This document shows positions 17,941 to 28,209 of a DNA stretch of 64,000 nt, piece by piece. Numbering within the stretch: the first letter of the stretch is position 1; every line of letters begins with the position of its first letter. The translations under genes and the position numbers were made by a program. This stretch comes from an uncultured Mycoplasmatota bacterium (lineage in GTDB: Bacteria > Bacillota_I > Bacilli_A > RF39 > UBA660), in contig CANTCQ010000003.1 of the NCBI GenBank assembly GCA_947652325.1, positions 64,890-128,889 on the forward strand, written 5' to 3'. Under the pieces are notes generated by a model that worked only from the letters and a program-made list of their open reading frames with translations, searched no databases and was not told where the DNA came from.

Positions 17941-20484
17941 ATGAAACGCTTAGAAGTAGACAAAGAAAAATTAAGTCCAGGGATGCGACAATATTATGAT
18001 ATAAAAGAAGAATACCAAGAAGAACTTTTATTTTTTCGATTAGGAGATTTTTACGAACTATTTTTCGAAGATGGTGAAACTGCTGCAAGAGAGCTTGAAC
18101 TTACTTTAACAAGCAAAAATGCAGGGCTAGAGGAAAGAATTCCTATGTGCGGAGTTCCTTTTCATTCGGTAAAGCCTTATATAGAGAAACTAGTAAACAA
18201 AGGTTATAAAGTAGCTTTATGCGAACAATTAGAAGACCCAAAAAACACCAAAGGAATGGTAAAAAGAGGAGTCGTCCAAGTTGTATCGAAAGGTACTATT
18301 ATTGATACTGAACTTTTAAATGAACATGACAACAACTATATTGCAAGTATTCTAGACTTTTCTTTTACCTATGTGTTATGTTATGCTGATATTTCTACTG
18401 GAAGCTTAAATATAATGAAGATAGAACACAAAAAAGAAAAATTATTAAATGAACTTTTAAATTTAAAAATAAAAGAAGTTTTATTAAAAGATGGTACAGA
18501 TACCGAACTTATTGGTATTTTAAAAGGAAATTATGGAATTGAAATATCCATATCTAATTATTTTTTAGAAAATGGTTGTGAAGCATTAATAAATGGTGTA
18601 GAAGATATACGATTTAAAGAAGGAGTTAAGCATTTACTTTACTATTTAATAGTTCGTGAACTAAAAGATGTTTCCCATATAAAAGAAGTAAATATCATAA
18701 ACAAAGAAGATTATTTAGAAATGGACACACATACTATCCGTAATTTGGAATTAGTAGAAACATTACGCTTAAAAGAAAGAACGTATTCTTTAATTTGGCT
18801 TTTAGATAAAACCAAAACCAGCATGGGAAGTAGAAAGTTAAAAGACTACTTATTACATCCTTTAAAAAACTTAGAAAAAATAGAAGAACGTTATGATAAA
18901 ATTATTGCTTTGAATAATCATTTTATAACCAAAGATGAAATCCGCGAGTATTTACATGAAATTTATGATATAGAACGATTATGTGGGAAGATTGCTTGTA
19001 ATTCAGTAAATGCTAGAGACCTTTTGCAATTAAAAAATAGCCTAAAAGTTTTACCAAATATTAAAAAAAATGTAGAAGAATTAGATTTTAAATATAAAAT
19101 AAATACGCATCAAGGCATTTATGATTTACTTGAAAATGCGATTTATGAAAATCCACCTGTTACTTTAAAAGAAGGATTTTTAATAAAAGAAGGATTTAAT
19201 CAAGAATTAGATGAATTAAAAGAAATTAGAAGTGGCGGCAAAACGTTTATCGCCGATTTTGAAACAAAATTAAAGGAAAATACAGGAATAAAAACACTAA
19301 AAGTAGGTTATAACCGTGTTTTTGGTTATTACATTGAAGTAAGCAAAGGAGCCGTAAAAGATATACCATTTAATCTAAATTGGGAACGTAGGCAAACCCT
19401 TACAAATTGTGAACGTTTTATTTCACCAGAATTAAAAGAAAAAGAAGCACTTATTTTAAATGCAGAAGAAAAAATAATCAATTTAGAATACAATTTGTTT
19501 ATAGAAATAAAAGAGCAAATAAAAAAAGAATTAATTTCCTTAAAAGATACGGCTGAAATAATTAGTGAATTAGATGCTTTAGCGAGTCTAGCTGTTTGTG
19601 CTGAAGAATACAATTTAGTAAGACCAGTATTAAATAAAGAACATACGATTGAAATAAAAGAAGGATTTCATCCTGTAATAAAAAAAGTAAGCAATAATGC
19701 CTATGTACCTAATGATTGCATAATGAAAAAAGATACAACAACCCTTTTAATAACCGGTCCTAATATGAGCGGCAAGTCAACTTATATGCGACAACTAGCT
19801 ATTACAAGCATTATGGCTCAAATGGGTTCATTTGTACCAGCCTCTAGTGCAACTCTTCCAATCTTAGATAAAATATTTACTCGTATTGGAGCAAGTGATG
19901 ATTTAGTAAGCGGAGAATCAACATTTATGGTGGAAATGAACGAAGCAAGAAACGCTATTCTAAACGCGACAGAAAATTCTTTAATTCTTTTTGATGAATT
20001 AGGAAGAGGGACAGCCACTTATGATGGCATGAGTCTTGCCCAAGCGATTTTAGAATACGTAAATAAAAATATTAAATGCAAAACGTTATTTTCCACTCAT
20101 TACCATGAGCTTACATCCTTAGAAAAAGAAATACCTTGCATTAAAAACATTCATGTTGCAGCACATGAAGAAAATGGAAACATTACTTTTTTACATAAAA
20201 TAAAGGCAGGAGCAGTGGACAAATCTTATGGTATTCATGTAGCAAAACTTGCAGGAATGCCACAAGAACTAATCAAACGAGCAAGTGAAATCTTATCGTT
20301 TTACGAGAGTCATGAAAAGAAAAAGAACAAAGAAGAAAATGTGCAATTAGAAATGGTCTTTGAAGAAAAAAAAGACAAAGATTCTGTAAAAGAATTTTTA
20401 GAAAACATTGACCCAGTCTATATGACACCTATAGAGGCTATCAACAAATTATATGAACTAAAAGAATTAATAAAAAAGAAATAA
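17941..20484 (+). CDS. mutS: DNA mismatch repair protein MutS
   Basis: 847 aa with N-terminal mismatch-binding sequence (TPGMRQYYDIKEEY..FFRLGDFYELF), Walker A GPNMSGKST and FDELGRGT. Confidence 0.97.
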   Translation: MKRLEVDKEKLSPGMRQYYDIKEEYQEELLFFRLGDFYELFFEDGETAARELELTLTSKNAGLEERIPMCGVPFHSVKPYIEKLVNKGYKVALCEQLEDPKNTKGMVKRGVVQVVSKGTIIDTELLNEHDNNYIASILDFSFTYVLCYADISTGSLNIMKIEHKKEKLLNELLNLKIKEVLLKDGTDTELIGILKGNYGIEISISNYFLENGCEALINGVEDIRFKEGVKHLLYYLIVRELKDVSHIKEVNIINKEDYLEMDTHTIRNLELVETLRLKERTYSLIWLLDKTKTSMGSRKLKDYLLHPLKNLEKIEERYDKIIALNNHFITKDEIREYLHEIYDIERLCGKIACNSVNARDLLQLKNSLKVLPNIKKNVEELDFKYKINTHQGIYDLLENAIYENPPVTLKEGFLIKEGFNQELDELKEIRSGGKTFIADFETKLKENTGIKTLKVGYNRVFGYYIEVSKGAVKDIPFNLNWERRQTLTNCERFISPELKEKEALILNAEEKIINLEYNLFIEIKEQIKKELISLKDTAEIISELDALASLAVCAEEYNLVRPVLNKEHTIEIKEGFHPVIKKVSNNAYVPNDCIMKKDTTTLLITGPNMSGKSTYMRQLAITSIMAQMGSFVPASSATLPILDKIFTRIGASDDLVSGESTFMVEMNEARNAILNATENSLILFDELGRGTATYDGMSLAQAILEYVNKNIKCKTLFSTHYHELTSLEKEIPCIKNIHVAAHEENGNITFLHKIKAGAVDKSYGIHVAKLAGMPQELIKRASEILSFYESHEKKKNKEENVQLEMVFEEKKDKDSVKEFLENIDPVYMTPIEAINKLYELKELIKKK

Positions 20485-20499
20485 AGAAAGGAAAATTAA

Positions 20500-21189
20500 A
20501 TGAAACTAGCAGAAGCAATGACAAAAATTTTTACGCCTCAAATTGCAGAGGAAAATAAAAAAATAGAATTTCAGCAAATAAAAATAATTCTTGGATACTT
20601 TTTAGAAAAAAATATAAACAGTATTTTTAAAAGAGTAGAATTTTCACCCTTAGAAATGGAACTGAAACGTGTAGACGAAAATGGAAAAGAGAACGTATAC
20701 ATGCGATTTGGAAATGTAGAATACTATTTATTTTTAGATAACCAAAACCATTTAATTATGAAAAATAACTCTAAAGGAGGTATTTTATTTCGAATTGATT
20801 TTAGTAATAAAATGGCAGAAAATTATTTAGTATCCAAACAAGATGCAGTTATGATAAAAGAATACCAAGAAATAAGTTTAGAAATACCAGTTTTTAGGTA
20901 TCACAAGACAACAGAAGGAATTATGATAGATATATATTCCAAAACGGTAAAAGCAAAACCAAAAACAAACAGGTCTTCAAATAAAACAGAACAATTAGAA
21001 ATTCATTTCATAGAGGAGACAAAGACCAATGTTTTTGAAAATTGGTGGAACAAAATTTTTAGAAAAGATACCATTACTATTCAAAAAGAAAATTCAGAAG
21101 AAAGTTTGTTTTATCACTTACCTGAAATATATGAAGCATTAGAAGAAAAAACTGAAACTTTAACACCGGTAAGAAGAAAATGTAAGTAA
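20500..21189 (+). CDS. hypothetical protein (229 aa) in the position where mutL usually follows mutS
   Basis: ORF with SD (aaggaaaa). No GHKL or MutL motif seen. Confidence 0.5.
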   Translation: MKLAEAMTKIFTPQIAEENKKIEFQQIKIILGYFLEKNINSIFKRVEFSPLEMELKRVDENGKENVYMRFGNVEYYLFLDNQNHLIMKNNSKGGILFRIDFSNKMAENYLVSKQDAVMIKEYQEISLEIPVFRYHKTTEGIMIDIYSKTVKAKPKTNRSSNKTEQLEIHFIEETKTNVFENWWNKIFRKDTITIQKENSEESLFYHLPEIYEALEEKTETLTPVRRKCK

Positions 21190-21193
21190 GAAC

Positions 21194-21224
21194 AAAACCT
21201 AGTTTAAACTAGGTTTTTTCTTTT
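21194..21224 (+). terminator. rho-independent terminator
   Basis: aaaacctagttt / aaactaggtttt perfect palindrome followed by a T run. Confidence 0.85.
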
Positions 21225-21254
21225 GCTTATGATATAATAAACATGGTGATTTTG

Positions 21255-21650
21255 ATGACACTAAAAAGAAGTGAATTAAGAGAAAAATGTATGATAATCC
21301 TTTACCAATACAACTTATTAAAAGAAAACAAAATACAGGTAGATATAGAGGAAATCATCAAAGACAATATAGAAATTGAAAACGAATTTGTAAAAGACAT
21401 TGTATATGGAGTGATTACCCATGAAAGTGAATTGAATACACTTGCTAATCAATATATCAAAGACTGGACTATCGATAGATTAGACAAGACAGGTGCCTCT
21501 ATTTTGCGTATTGCTCTTTTTGAAATAAAATACACAGATACGCCAGAAATTGTCGTAATTAACGAAGCGGTTGAACTATCCAAAAAATACAGTGATGATG
21601 CGGTTCGAAAAATTATTAATGCCGTTTTAGATAAAATGATTAGAGAATAA
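21255..21650 (+). CDS. nusB: transcription antitermination factor NusB
   Basis: ~131 aa containing RSELREKCMIILYQ...DRLDKTGASILRIALFEI...VVINEAVELSKKY. Confidence 0.9.
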   Translation: MTLKRSELREKCMIILYQYNLLKENKIQVDIEEIIKDNIEIENEFVKDIVYGVITHESELNTLANQYIKDWTIDRLDKTGASILRIALFEIKYTDTPEIVVINEAVELSKKYSDDAVRKIINAVLDKMIRE

Positions 21651-21668
21651 AAGAAAGTAGGAAAATGT

Positions 21669-23018
21669 ATGATTGCTACGGAAGAAAAATACTTAAAAAT
21701 AAGTGATTTAAACGAGTATATCAAAACTATGTTTGAGGAAAATACTTTTCTTCGTAGAATCTATTTACGAGGAGAAATCTCAAACTTTAAAAATCACACT
21801 AGAGGACACTTGTATTTTACGTTAAAAGATGAAACTTCAAGAATTAGTGCTATCATGTTTTATAACAATGCTTTATCTTTGCAGTTTAAGCCAGAAGATG
21901 GAATGAACGTTTTAGTAACAGGACGTATTTCTTGCTATCCAGCCCAAGGAACTTACCAAATTTATGTAGAAAAAATGGAAATGGATGGCATAGGAAACTT
22001 ATATATTGAATATGAAAAATTAAAGAAAAAATTAGCAAGTGAAGGTTTGTTTGATAAAAGATATAAAAAACCAATCCCAAAATACCCAAAAAAAATCGGA
22101 ATTATTACCGCATCTACTGGGGCTGCGATAAGAGACATTTTAAGTACTATTAAAAGAAGATATCCAATCTGTGAAACTATTTTGTTTCCATCTCTTGTCC
22201 AAGGAGCATCCGCTGCCCCAGAAATTGTTCACCAAATAAAAAAAGCCAACGAATTTGATTTAGATGTTATTATTTGTGGCCGTGGTGGCGGTTCTATTGA
22301 AGATTTATGGGCCTTTAACGAAGAAATGGTCGCACGTGCTATATTTGCATCGAAAATCCCCATTATTAGCGCAGTAGGACACGAAGTAGATTTTACTATC
22401 GCGGACTTTGTTGCAGACCTAAGAGCTCCAACCCCTACAGGAGCAGCAGAAATGGCAGTTCCGACTAAACTTGATACATTAAACTATATCAATGAAAAGA
22501 AAAGTCGGTTAAAAAACTACATCGGAAATACTATAAATCATAAAAATACAAAACTAGACCACTTAAAAAATAACTTTATTTTAAAAAATCCGATGGCATT
22601 GTATGAACTAAAAGAACAAAAATTAGATAGTTTACTTGAACAAGCAACCAAACACATCAAAAACAAAGTAACAGAAAGCGAAAATTCATTTTTTCTTTTA
22701 AAAAACAACTCTATATGGAAAGACCCCTTACGCATGTATGAAAAAAATAAAGTCAGTTTGGAAACATCTAAAATAAAAGCAACCAACTTAATAAAAAATA
22801 TTTTAGAAAAAAATAAACACAAAGAAGAAATGATGATTAATACCCTAAAACTTGTAAATCCTTTAAATATATTAAACAAAGGGTATAGTTTAGTAACCAA
22901 AGAAGAGAAAATTATAAAAGATAAAGAAGAAATTAATATTGAAGATAAAATAAACATAAAACTAAGTAAAGGCGAACTAATCGCTGTTGTAAAGGAGAAA
23001 AAAGAATGGAAAATTTAA
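21669..23018 (+). CDS. xseA: exodeoxyribonuclease VII large subunit
   Basis: N-terminal OB fold (GEISNFKNHTRGHLYFTLKD), a catalytic core and a coiled C-terminus. It is followed by an overlapping xseB. Confidence 0.93.
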   Translation: MIATEEKYLKISDLNEYIKTMFEENTFLRRIYLRGEISNFKNHTRGHLYFTLKDETSRISAIMFYNNALSLQFKPEDGMNVLVTGRISCYPAQGTYQIYVEKMEMDGIGNLYIEYEKLKKKLASEGLFDKRYKKPIPKYPKKIGIITASTGAAIRDILSTIKRRYPICETILFPSLVQGASAAPEIVHQIKKANEFDLDVIICGRGGGSIEDLWAFNEEMVARAIFASKIPIISAVGHEVDFTIADFVADLRAPTPTGAAEMAVPTKLDTLNYINEKKSRLKNYIGNTINHKNTKLDHLKNNFILKNPMALYELKEQKLDSLLEQATKHIKNKVTESENSFFLLKNNSIWKDPLRMYEKNKVSLETSKIKATNLIKNILEKNKHKEEMMINTLKLVNPLNILNKGYSLVTKEEKIIKDKEEINIEDKINIKLSKGELIAVVKEKKEWKI

Positions 23019-23233
23019 GTTTTGAACAAGCATTAGAAAATTTAGAAAAAATAGTACAAGAATTAGAAAGCGGAAGTACAGAATTAGAACGTGCTATTGA
23101 TAAATATACTGAAGCCATGAAACTAGTAAAATTTTGTAGTGATAAATTGAATACTGCCACCGAAAAAGTAAACAAGATTTTAAAAGAAAATGGGGAATTA
23201 GTTGATTTCTCAATAGAAGAAGAAAATAACTAG
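23006..23233 (+). CDS. xseB: exodeoxyribonuclease VII small subunit
   Basis: 75 aa containing SFEQALENLEKIVQELESG. It overlaps the xseA stop by 13 nt. Confidence 0.93.
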   Translation: MENLSFEQALENLEKIVQELESGSTELERAIDKYTEAMKLVKFCSDKLNTATEKVNKILKENGELVDFSIEEENN

Positions 23234-23242
23234 GAGCGGCTT

Positions 23243-24667
23243 ATGGCAAAATTAGTAAAAGATATTACCAGTCGCGACGAAGATTTTGCTCAGTGGTATA
23301 CCGATATTATAAAAAAAGCCGATTTGGTCGATTATTCTTCCGTAAAAGGAAGTATGATTGTTAGACCTTATGGATATGCAATTTGGGAAAATATTCAAAG
23401 CATTTTAGATAAAGAATTTAAAAAACTAGGACATCTAAACTTGCAAATGCCAATGTTTATTCCTGAAAGTTTGTTAAATGTCGAAAAAGAACATGTTAAA
23501 GGTTTTGCACCCGAAGTTGCTTGGGTAACACATGGTGGTTCTGAATTACTAGAAGAAAGAATGTGTGTGCGCCCTACGAGCGAAGTCTTATTTTGTGACC
23601 ATTTTAAAAAAATTATAAAATCTTATCGTGATTTACCTCTTTTGTATAACCAATGGTGTACCATTGTCCGTTGGGAAAAAACGACTCGCCCTTTTTTAAG
23701 AAGTAGAGAAATACTTTGGCAAGAAGGACATACAATGCATGAAACAGAACGTGAAGCACGAGAAGAAACAAAAAGAATGTTTAAAGTTTATGAAGACTTT
23801 CAAAGAGAATTTTTAGCACTTCCTGTAATTACAGGAAGAAAAACCGAAAAAGAAAAATTTGCTGGAGCAGAAGAAACCTATACCATTGAAGCGATGATGT
23901 ATGATGGAGTAGCTCTCCAAAACGGAACCAGTCATTATTTCGGTCAAGGGTTTGCAAAGGCTTTTGGAATTGAATTTTTAAATAGAGAAAATAAACTAGT
24001 AAACCCTTATCAAACTAGTTGGGGTGTAACAACAAGAATGATTGGAGCAATTATTATGACGCATTCAGACGACCAGGGTCTTGTCTTGCCACCAAAAATT
24101 GCTCCAACAAAAGTAATGCTAATTCCAATCGGAAACGATGAAGAAGTAACAAAGACAGTTTTAGAAATTCAAGAAAAATTAAGTAGAAAAGAAATTGCTT
24201 CTCGAATCGATACAACTGATAAAACGCCAGGATTTAAATTTGCAGAAGCAGAAGTAAAAGGATATCCCATTCGATTAGAAATAGGAAAAAGAGACTTAGA
24301 AGCTGGAAAAGTAACTTTAGTGCGAAGAGATACTTTAGAAAAAGTAGAAGTTGTAATTGAAAAAACTGTAGAAAAAATAGAAAATTTGCTAGAAGAAATT
24401 CAAGAAAATCTTTATAATAGAGCGCTGGAAAGAAGAAATTCTATGCTTTACAATGCAAATACTTACGAAGAATTTAAAATGATTGTCAACAACAAACCAG
24501 GGTTCATAAAAATCAATTGGTGCGGAGAAATGGCTTGTGAAAATAAAATTAAAGAAGAAACGGGCTTAAAATCGCGTTGTATTATAGAAGAAGAACAACC
24601 AGATGGAAAATGTATTGTCTGTGGTAAACCTGGAAAATACAAAATATACTTTGGAAAACAATACTAA
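23243..24667 (+). CDS. proS: proline--tRNA ligase (short archaeal/eukaryote-like type without INS editing domain)
   Basis: 474 aa with class II motifs (FRSREILWQEGHT, GTSHYFGQGF) and a Cys-rich C-terminal domain ending KIYFGKQY. Confidence 0.92.
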   Translation: MAKLVKDITSRDEDFAQWYTDIIKKADLVDYSSVKGSMIVRPYGYAIWENIQSILDKEFKKLGHLNLQMPMFIPESLLNVEKEHVKGFAPEVAWVTHGGSELLEERMCVRPTSEVLFCDHFKKIIKSYRDLPLLYNQWCTIVRWEKTTRPFLRSREILWQEGHTMHETEREAREETKRMFKVYEDFQREFLALPVITGRKTEKEKFAGAEETYTIEAMMYDGVALQNGTSHYFGQGFAKAFGIEFLNRENKLVNPYQTSWGVTTRMIGAIIMTHSDDQGLVLPPKIAPTKVMLIPIGNDEEVTKTVLEIQEKLSRKEIASRIDTTDKTPGFKFAEAEVKGYPIRLEIGKRDLEAGKVTLVRRDTLEKVEVVIEKTVEKIENLLEEIQENLYNRALERRNSMLYNANTYEEFKMIVNNKPGFIKINWCGEMACENKIKEETGLKSRCIIEEEQPDGKCIVCGKPGKYKIYFGKQY

Positions 24668-24802
24668 AATTTTTGAAATAAACTGATTGAAACATGTTTT
24701 TTATAAAATTCTTAAAATAAAAAAATACCTATTTGTTATATCAATCACAAAATTATGTATTAAATTTAAAACTAAAAAGTAGAATGTTGTATAAATATAC
24801 TA

Positions 24803-24836
24803 GCAATATTTGGTAGCAACCAAATATTGTTTTTAT
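24803..24836 (+). terminator. rho-independent terminator
   Basis: caatatttgg-tagcaa-ccaaatattg perfect 10-bp stem followed by TTTTTAT. Confidence 0.85.
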
Positions 24837-24851
24837 GTTCCTATCTTTCCT

Positions 24852-24861
24852 TTCCATACTA
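24852..24861 (+). promoter_or_regulatory. TTCCATACTA motif (-10 of a sigmaG/F-like promoter candidate) upstream of spoIVB
   Basis: CATACTA ends 20 nt before the ATG. B. subtilis spoIVB is forespore-expressed. The -35 box here is weak. Confidence 0.5.
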
Positions 24862-24881
24862 ATTAATGGTAAGGTGATAAA

Positions 24882-25856
24882 ATGAAAAAAATAAAAATAT
24901 GGATGATAACAATTTTAATGTTTATCCCCAATATAGTCCTTGCTTATTCGAGCCAAGTTATAGTAGGAGGGCAAAACATTGGAATTAATATTCAAAGTGA
25001 TGGCGTACTTGTGGTTGGATTTTATAAAGTAAATGGAAAAGAAGTAAAAAGTAATCCACCTATACAAGTAGGAGATTATATTATGAAAGTGGGAAACACA
25101 GAAGTAACAACAATTAATGAACTTACAAATGCCATTGAAACCAATATGAAGGAAAATGAAGTTGTTTTAACTTATAATAGAGAAGGGAAAGAAGAAAAAT
25201 CAACACTTTCTTTAATAGAACAAGATAAAGTATTTAAAACGGGTCTTTACGTAAAAGACAGCATTACAGGAATTGGAACACTTACTTATATTGACCCTGA
25301 AACAAAAATTTTTGGTTCACTTGGTCATGAGATAATTGAAGCAAACTCTAATAAAAGAATCGAAGTGAAAACAGGAACTATTTTTAATAGTGTTATAACA
25401 GGAATTAATAAAAGTACCGATGGAACTCCAGGAGAAAAAAAAGCCAATTTTAAAACAACCGATGTTTATGGGACTATTTCAAAAAATACAAAATACGGTT
25501 TATTTGGAACTTATACTACAAAATTACCGGATAATCGAATACTAGAAGTAGCAAATCCCAATGAAATAAAGGTCGGAAAAGCAACAATCGAAACTGTTTT
25601 AGATGGTAATGAAATAAAAGAATACGAAATAAATATTACAAAAATCAATGAATACAATAAAATTAAAAATATATCATTTGAAATTACGGATAATGAACTT
25701 TTAGATAAAACTGGAGGAGTTGTCCAAGGGATGAGTGGAAGCCCAATTATCCAAAACGGAAAAATTGTGGGGGCTGTAACCCATGTTATAGTAGATAATG
25801 TCAAAACAGGATATGGAATATTTATTACCACAATGTTAGAAGAAGGCGAAAACTAA
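24882..25856 (+). CDS. spoIVB: SpoIVB signalling serine peptidase (S55) with PDZ domain
   Basis: Signal anchor, PDZ domain (GDYIMKVGNTEV) and S55 catalytic region (GSLGHEI ... GMSGSPIIQNGKIVGAVTHV). Confidence 0.9.
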   Translation: MKKIKIWMITILMFIPNIVLAYSSQVIVGGQNIGINIQSDGVLVVGFYKVNGKEVKSNPPIQVGDYIMKVGNTEVTTINELTNAIETNMKENEVVLTYNREGKEEKSTLSLIEQDKVFKTGLYVKDSITGIGTLTYIDPETKIFGSLGHEIIEANSNKRIEVKTGTIFNSVITGINKSTDGTPGEKKANFKTTDVYGTISKNTKYGLFGTYTTKLPDNRILEVANPNEIKVGKATIETVLDGNEIKEYEINITKINEYNKIKNISFEITDNELLDKTGGVVQGMSGSPIIQNGKIVGAVTHVIVDNVKTGYGIFITTMLEEGEN

Positions 25857-25946
25857 GCCTTTTTTCTTTATAAAAATTTGATTTTCACAAATATTCGACA
25901 TTTTTATCGCTTTTTATTTGTTATAAAACCAATAGGTGATTTAAAT

Positions 25947-26372
25947 ATGAAAAAAAATCTAAAAATTGTTTTATTTTCTTGTTCAGTAGGGATTCTTTTA
26001 GCAGGCCTTTTTTTCTTTAATGTAAAAGAAAAAGCAAACGCTCAAATAAAACCAGTTGTATATGCTTACCAAGTAGGCGTTTTTAAAAATTTAGAAAATG
26101 CCAAAAACTTTGCACGAAAGTATGCTTTTTCTCGAATTGTTTATGATAATGGTTATCATCGTATTTTTTTAGGTGTTACTCTAAATAACAAAGAATTACT
26201 CTCAAGCATTTTTGACAAATTGGAATATACTTACTATATAAAAGAAATAGAAATGCCCGAAGAAATCATGGGAAATATAGGAAAGTATGATGAAATACTT
26301 GCTAAAACAGAAGAAAAAAATCAAGAATTAATACTTAGAAATATGTTAGAAAGCTTACCAAATGAATTATAA
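25947..26372 (+). CDS. SPOR-domain membrane protein
   Basis: TM anchor followed by YAYQVGVFKNLENAKNFARKY...YHRIFLGV, a SPOR-like fold pattern. The start is set at the Met after the SD aggtga. Confidence 0.55.
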   Translation: MKKNLKIVLFSCSVGILLAGLFFFNVKEKANAQIKPVVYAYQVGVFKNLENAKNFARKYAFSRIVYDNGYHRIFLGVTLNNKELLSSIFDKLEYTYYIKEIEMPEEIMGNIGKYDEILAKTEEKNQELILRNMLESLPNEL

Positions 26373-27042
26373 AATCAAAGATTTACCTTTGGATGAAAGA
26401 CCTCGTGAAAGATGCAAAGAAAAAGGAATAGAAAGTTTATCAAATGAAGAATTAATTGCCATAATTTTGAGAACGGGAAATAAGGAAGAATCGGTAAAGG
26501 ACTTAGCAATTCGTTTGGTAAAACAATTAAATTCTTTTAAAGACTTACATTCTATTACATATGCCGATTTAATCAAAATAAAAGGAATAAAAGAAGCCAA
26601 AGCAATAGCATTACTGGCATCGATTGAATTGGGAAAAAGACTTGCTCAACCTCATAATACCAAGAAACAAAAAATAACCAAAGCGGAAGAAATATACAAT
26701 TTATTTCGTTTTAAAATAATAGGATTAAAACAAGAAAAACTAATAGCGGTTTTTTTAAATACTAAAAATGAAATTATAGAATACAAAACCATTTTTGTAG
26801 GAACACAAAATAAAAGTATTATTCATCCACGAGAAATATTTAATGCAGCGATTAAGCATAGCGCTATAAAAATGATAATCATACACAATCATCCAACAGG
26901 AGATGTAACACCAAGTCAAGAGGATATAAAATTTACAGAAAATATAAAAGAAATAGGAAACCTTTTACAAATTCCTATCATTGACCATATTATTTTAGGA
27001 GAGAATGCTTTTTTTAGTTTTTTTGATAATCATATGCTTTAA
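26362..27042 (+). CDS. radC: RadC-family JAMM protein
   Basis: N-terminal HhH (PRERCKEKGIESLSNEELIAIILRTG) and the JAMM motif HNHPTGDVTPSQED. Confidence 0.9.
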   Translation: MNYKIKDLPLDERPRERCKEKGIESLSNEELIAIILRTGNKEESVKDLAIRLVKQLNSFKDLHSITYADLIKIKGIKEAKAIALLASIELGKRLAQPHNTKKQKITKAEEIYNLFRFKIIGLKQEKLIAVFLNTKNEIIEYKTIFVGTQNKSIIHPREIFNAAIKHSAIKMIIIHNHPTGDVTPSQEDIKFTENIKEIGNLLQIPIIDHIILGENAFFSFFDNHML

Positions 27043-27055
27043 AATATTAAAAATT

Positions 27056-27065
27056 TTCCATACTA
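27056..27065 (+). promoter_or_regulatory. TTCCATACTA motif upstream of mreC
   Basis: The same 10-mer as at 16640 and 24852. It ends 18 nt before the ATG. Confidence 0.4.
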
Positions 27066-27083
27066 AAAATAGGTGAATGTAGA

Positions 27084-27749
27084 ATGACAAAAAAAGAAAA
27101 AATACTAATTTATATAGTTTTAATCGCTTCTTTTTTATTAAAAGAAGAAGTTTATGGTTTTTTTTTCCAAAGTAAACTTTATAAAGAAACATTTGCTGAG
27201 ATAGAAGAAACGAAAAATAAAATAGTAGAAAAAAAATACCAAGAACTTTTAAATGCCTACGGTTATGAAGAAAAAGTGACGTATCCTTTAGAACACACCA
27301 AAGTTTTATATCGAAATGTATATGATTTGGAAAATCAAATTACAATTTACAAAGGAAAAGAAAACAACATAGAAGAAAAAAATTTGGTTATCAATGAAAA
27401 AGGCTTAGTAGGAATTATCTCTAGAGTGGATAAAAAAAGCAGTGTAGTAGATTTATTATTAAATGACTCTTTGAACTTATCTGTAAAAATAAATAGTGAG
27501 TACGGAATTCTAAAATATCAAAACCAAGAATTAATTATAGAAGGCATTAATAACAAAGGAAAAGTAGAAGTGGGAGATACAATTTTAACAAGTAATTTAT
27601 CTATATATCCTGAAAATATTGTCGTTGGAACCATTAAAGAAATCACACTTGATCATTATGAAATTGAAAAAAAAATCAAAGTAACCCCTGCTGTTGATTT
27701 TGAAAATATAAAATATATAAGTGTAATTACCCATCTTCGAGGTGTCTAA
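27084..27749 (+). CDS. mreC: rod shape-determining protein MreC
   Basis: N-terminal TM segment plus coiled region, and C-terminal beta domains (VINEKGLVGIISRV..., GDTILTS...YPENIVVGTI). It lies after radC, as in B. subtilis. Confidence 0.85.
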   Translation: MTKKEKILIYIVLIASFLLKEEVYGFFFQSKLYKETFAEIEETKNKIVEKKYQELLNAYGYEEKVTYPLEHTKVLYRNVYDLENQITIYKGKENNIEEKNLVINEKGLVGIISRVDKKSSVVDLLLNDSLNLSVKINSEYGILKYQNQELIIEGINNKGKVEVGDTILTSNLSIYPENIVVGTIKEITLDHYEIEKKIKVTPAVDFENIKYISVITHLRGV

Positions 27750-28209
27750 TATGTTACTTCTTTATTTTTTTATGGATGTTTGCTTTTATAATTATACTTC
27801 TTGGAAAACCAATCTTATTTTAGTTTCTCTTATTGAAAGAGAAAAACGTTTTTTTCCTTTTCTTTTCTATTTGACTGGAATAACTTTATTATTGCATGCT
27901 TCCATGAAACTATTTACCCTATTTTTTATTTTGTATATTTTAACTAAAAAAATAAGCATTGCGACACCTAATTTTAGAAGAAGTTTTTTATCCTTTTTTT
28001 TCCTCTATCTTCTATACCAATTCTTATCTTACCTTTTTTTTCAAAAAGTCATTTTTTCTTTTTCAGGTTTTCTTATTAATATTGCTTTTCTCTTTTTTAG
28101 TTATAAATTTTCTACAAAATCATATCATTTTGTAGGTGATGATAATGGACAATGTCATAACAGAAGCACAAAATCGGATAAAAAACAAAAGACTCAACTT
28201 TGTAAATAA
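27742..28209 (+). CDS. mreD: rod shape-determining protein MreD (polytopic membrane protein)
   Basis: Hydrophobic 155-aa ORF overlapping the mreC stop. The start may be GTG 27742 or ATG 27751. The call rests mainly on position. Confidence 0.6.
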   Translation: MSNMLLLYFFMDVCFYNYTSWKTNLILVSLIEREKRFFPFLFYLTGITLLLHASMKLFTLFFILYILTKKISIATPNFRRSFLSFFFLYLLYQFLSYLFFQKVIFSFSGFLINIAFLFFSYKFSTKSYHFVGDDNGQCHNRSTKSDKKQKTQLCK

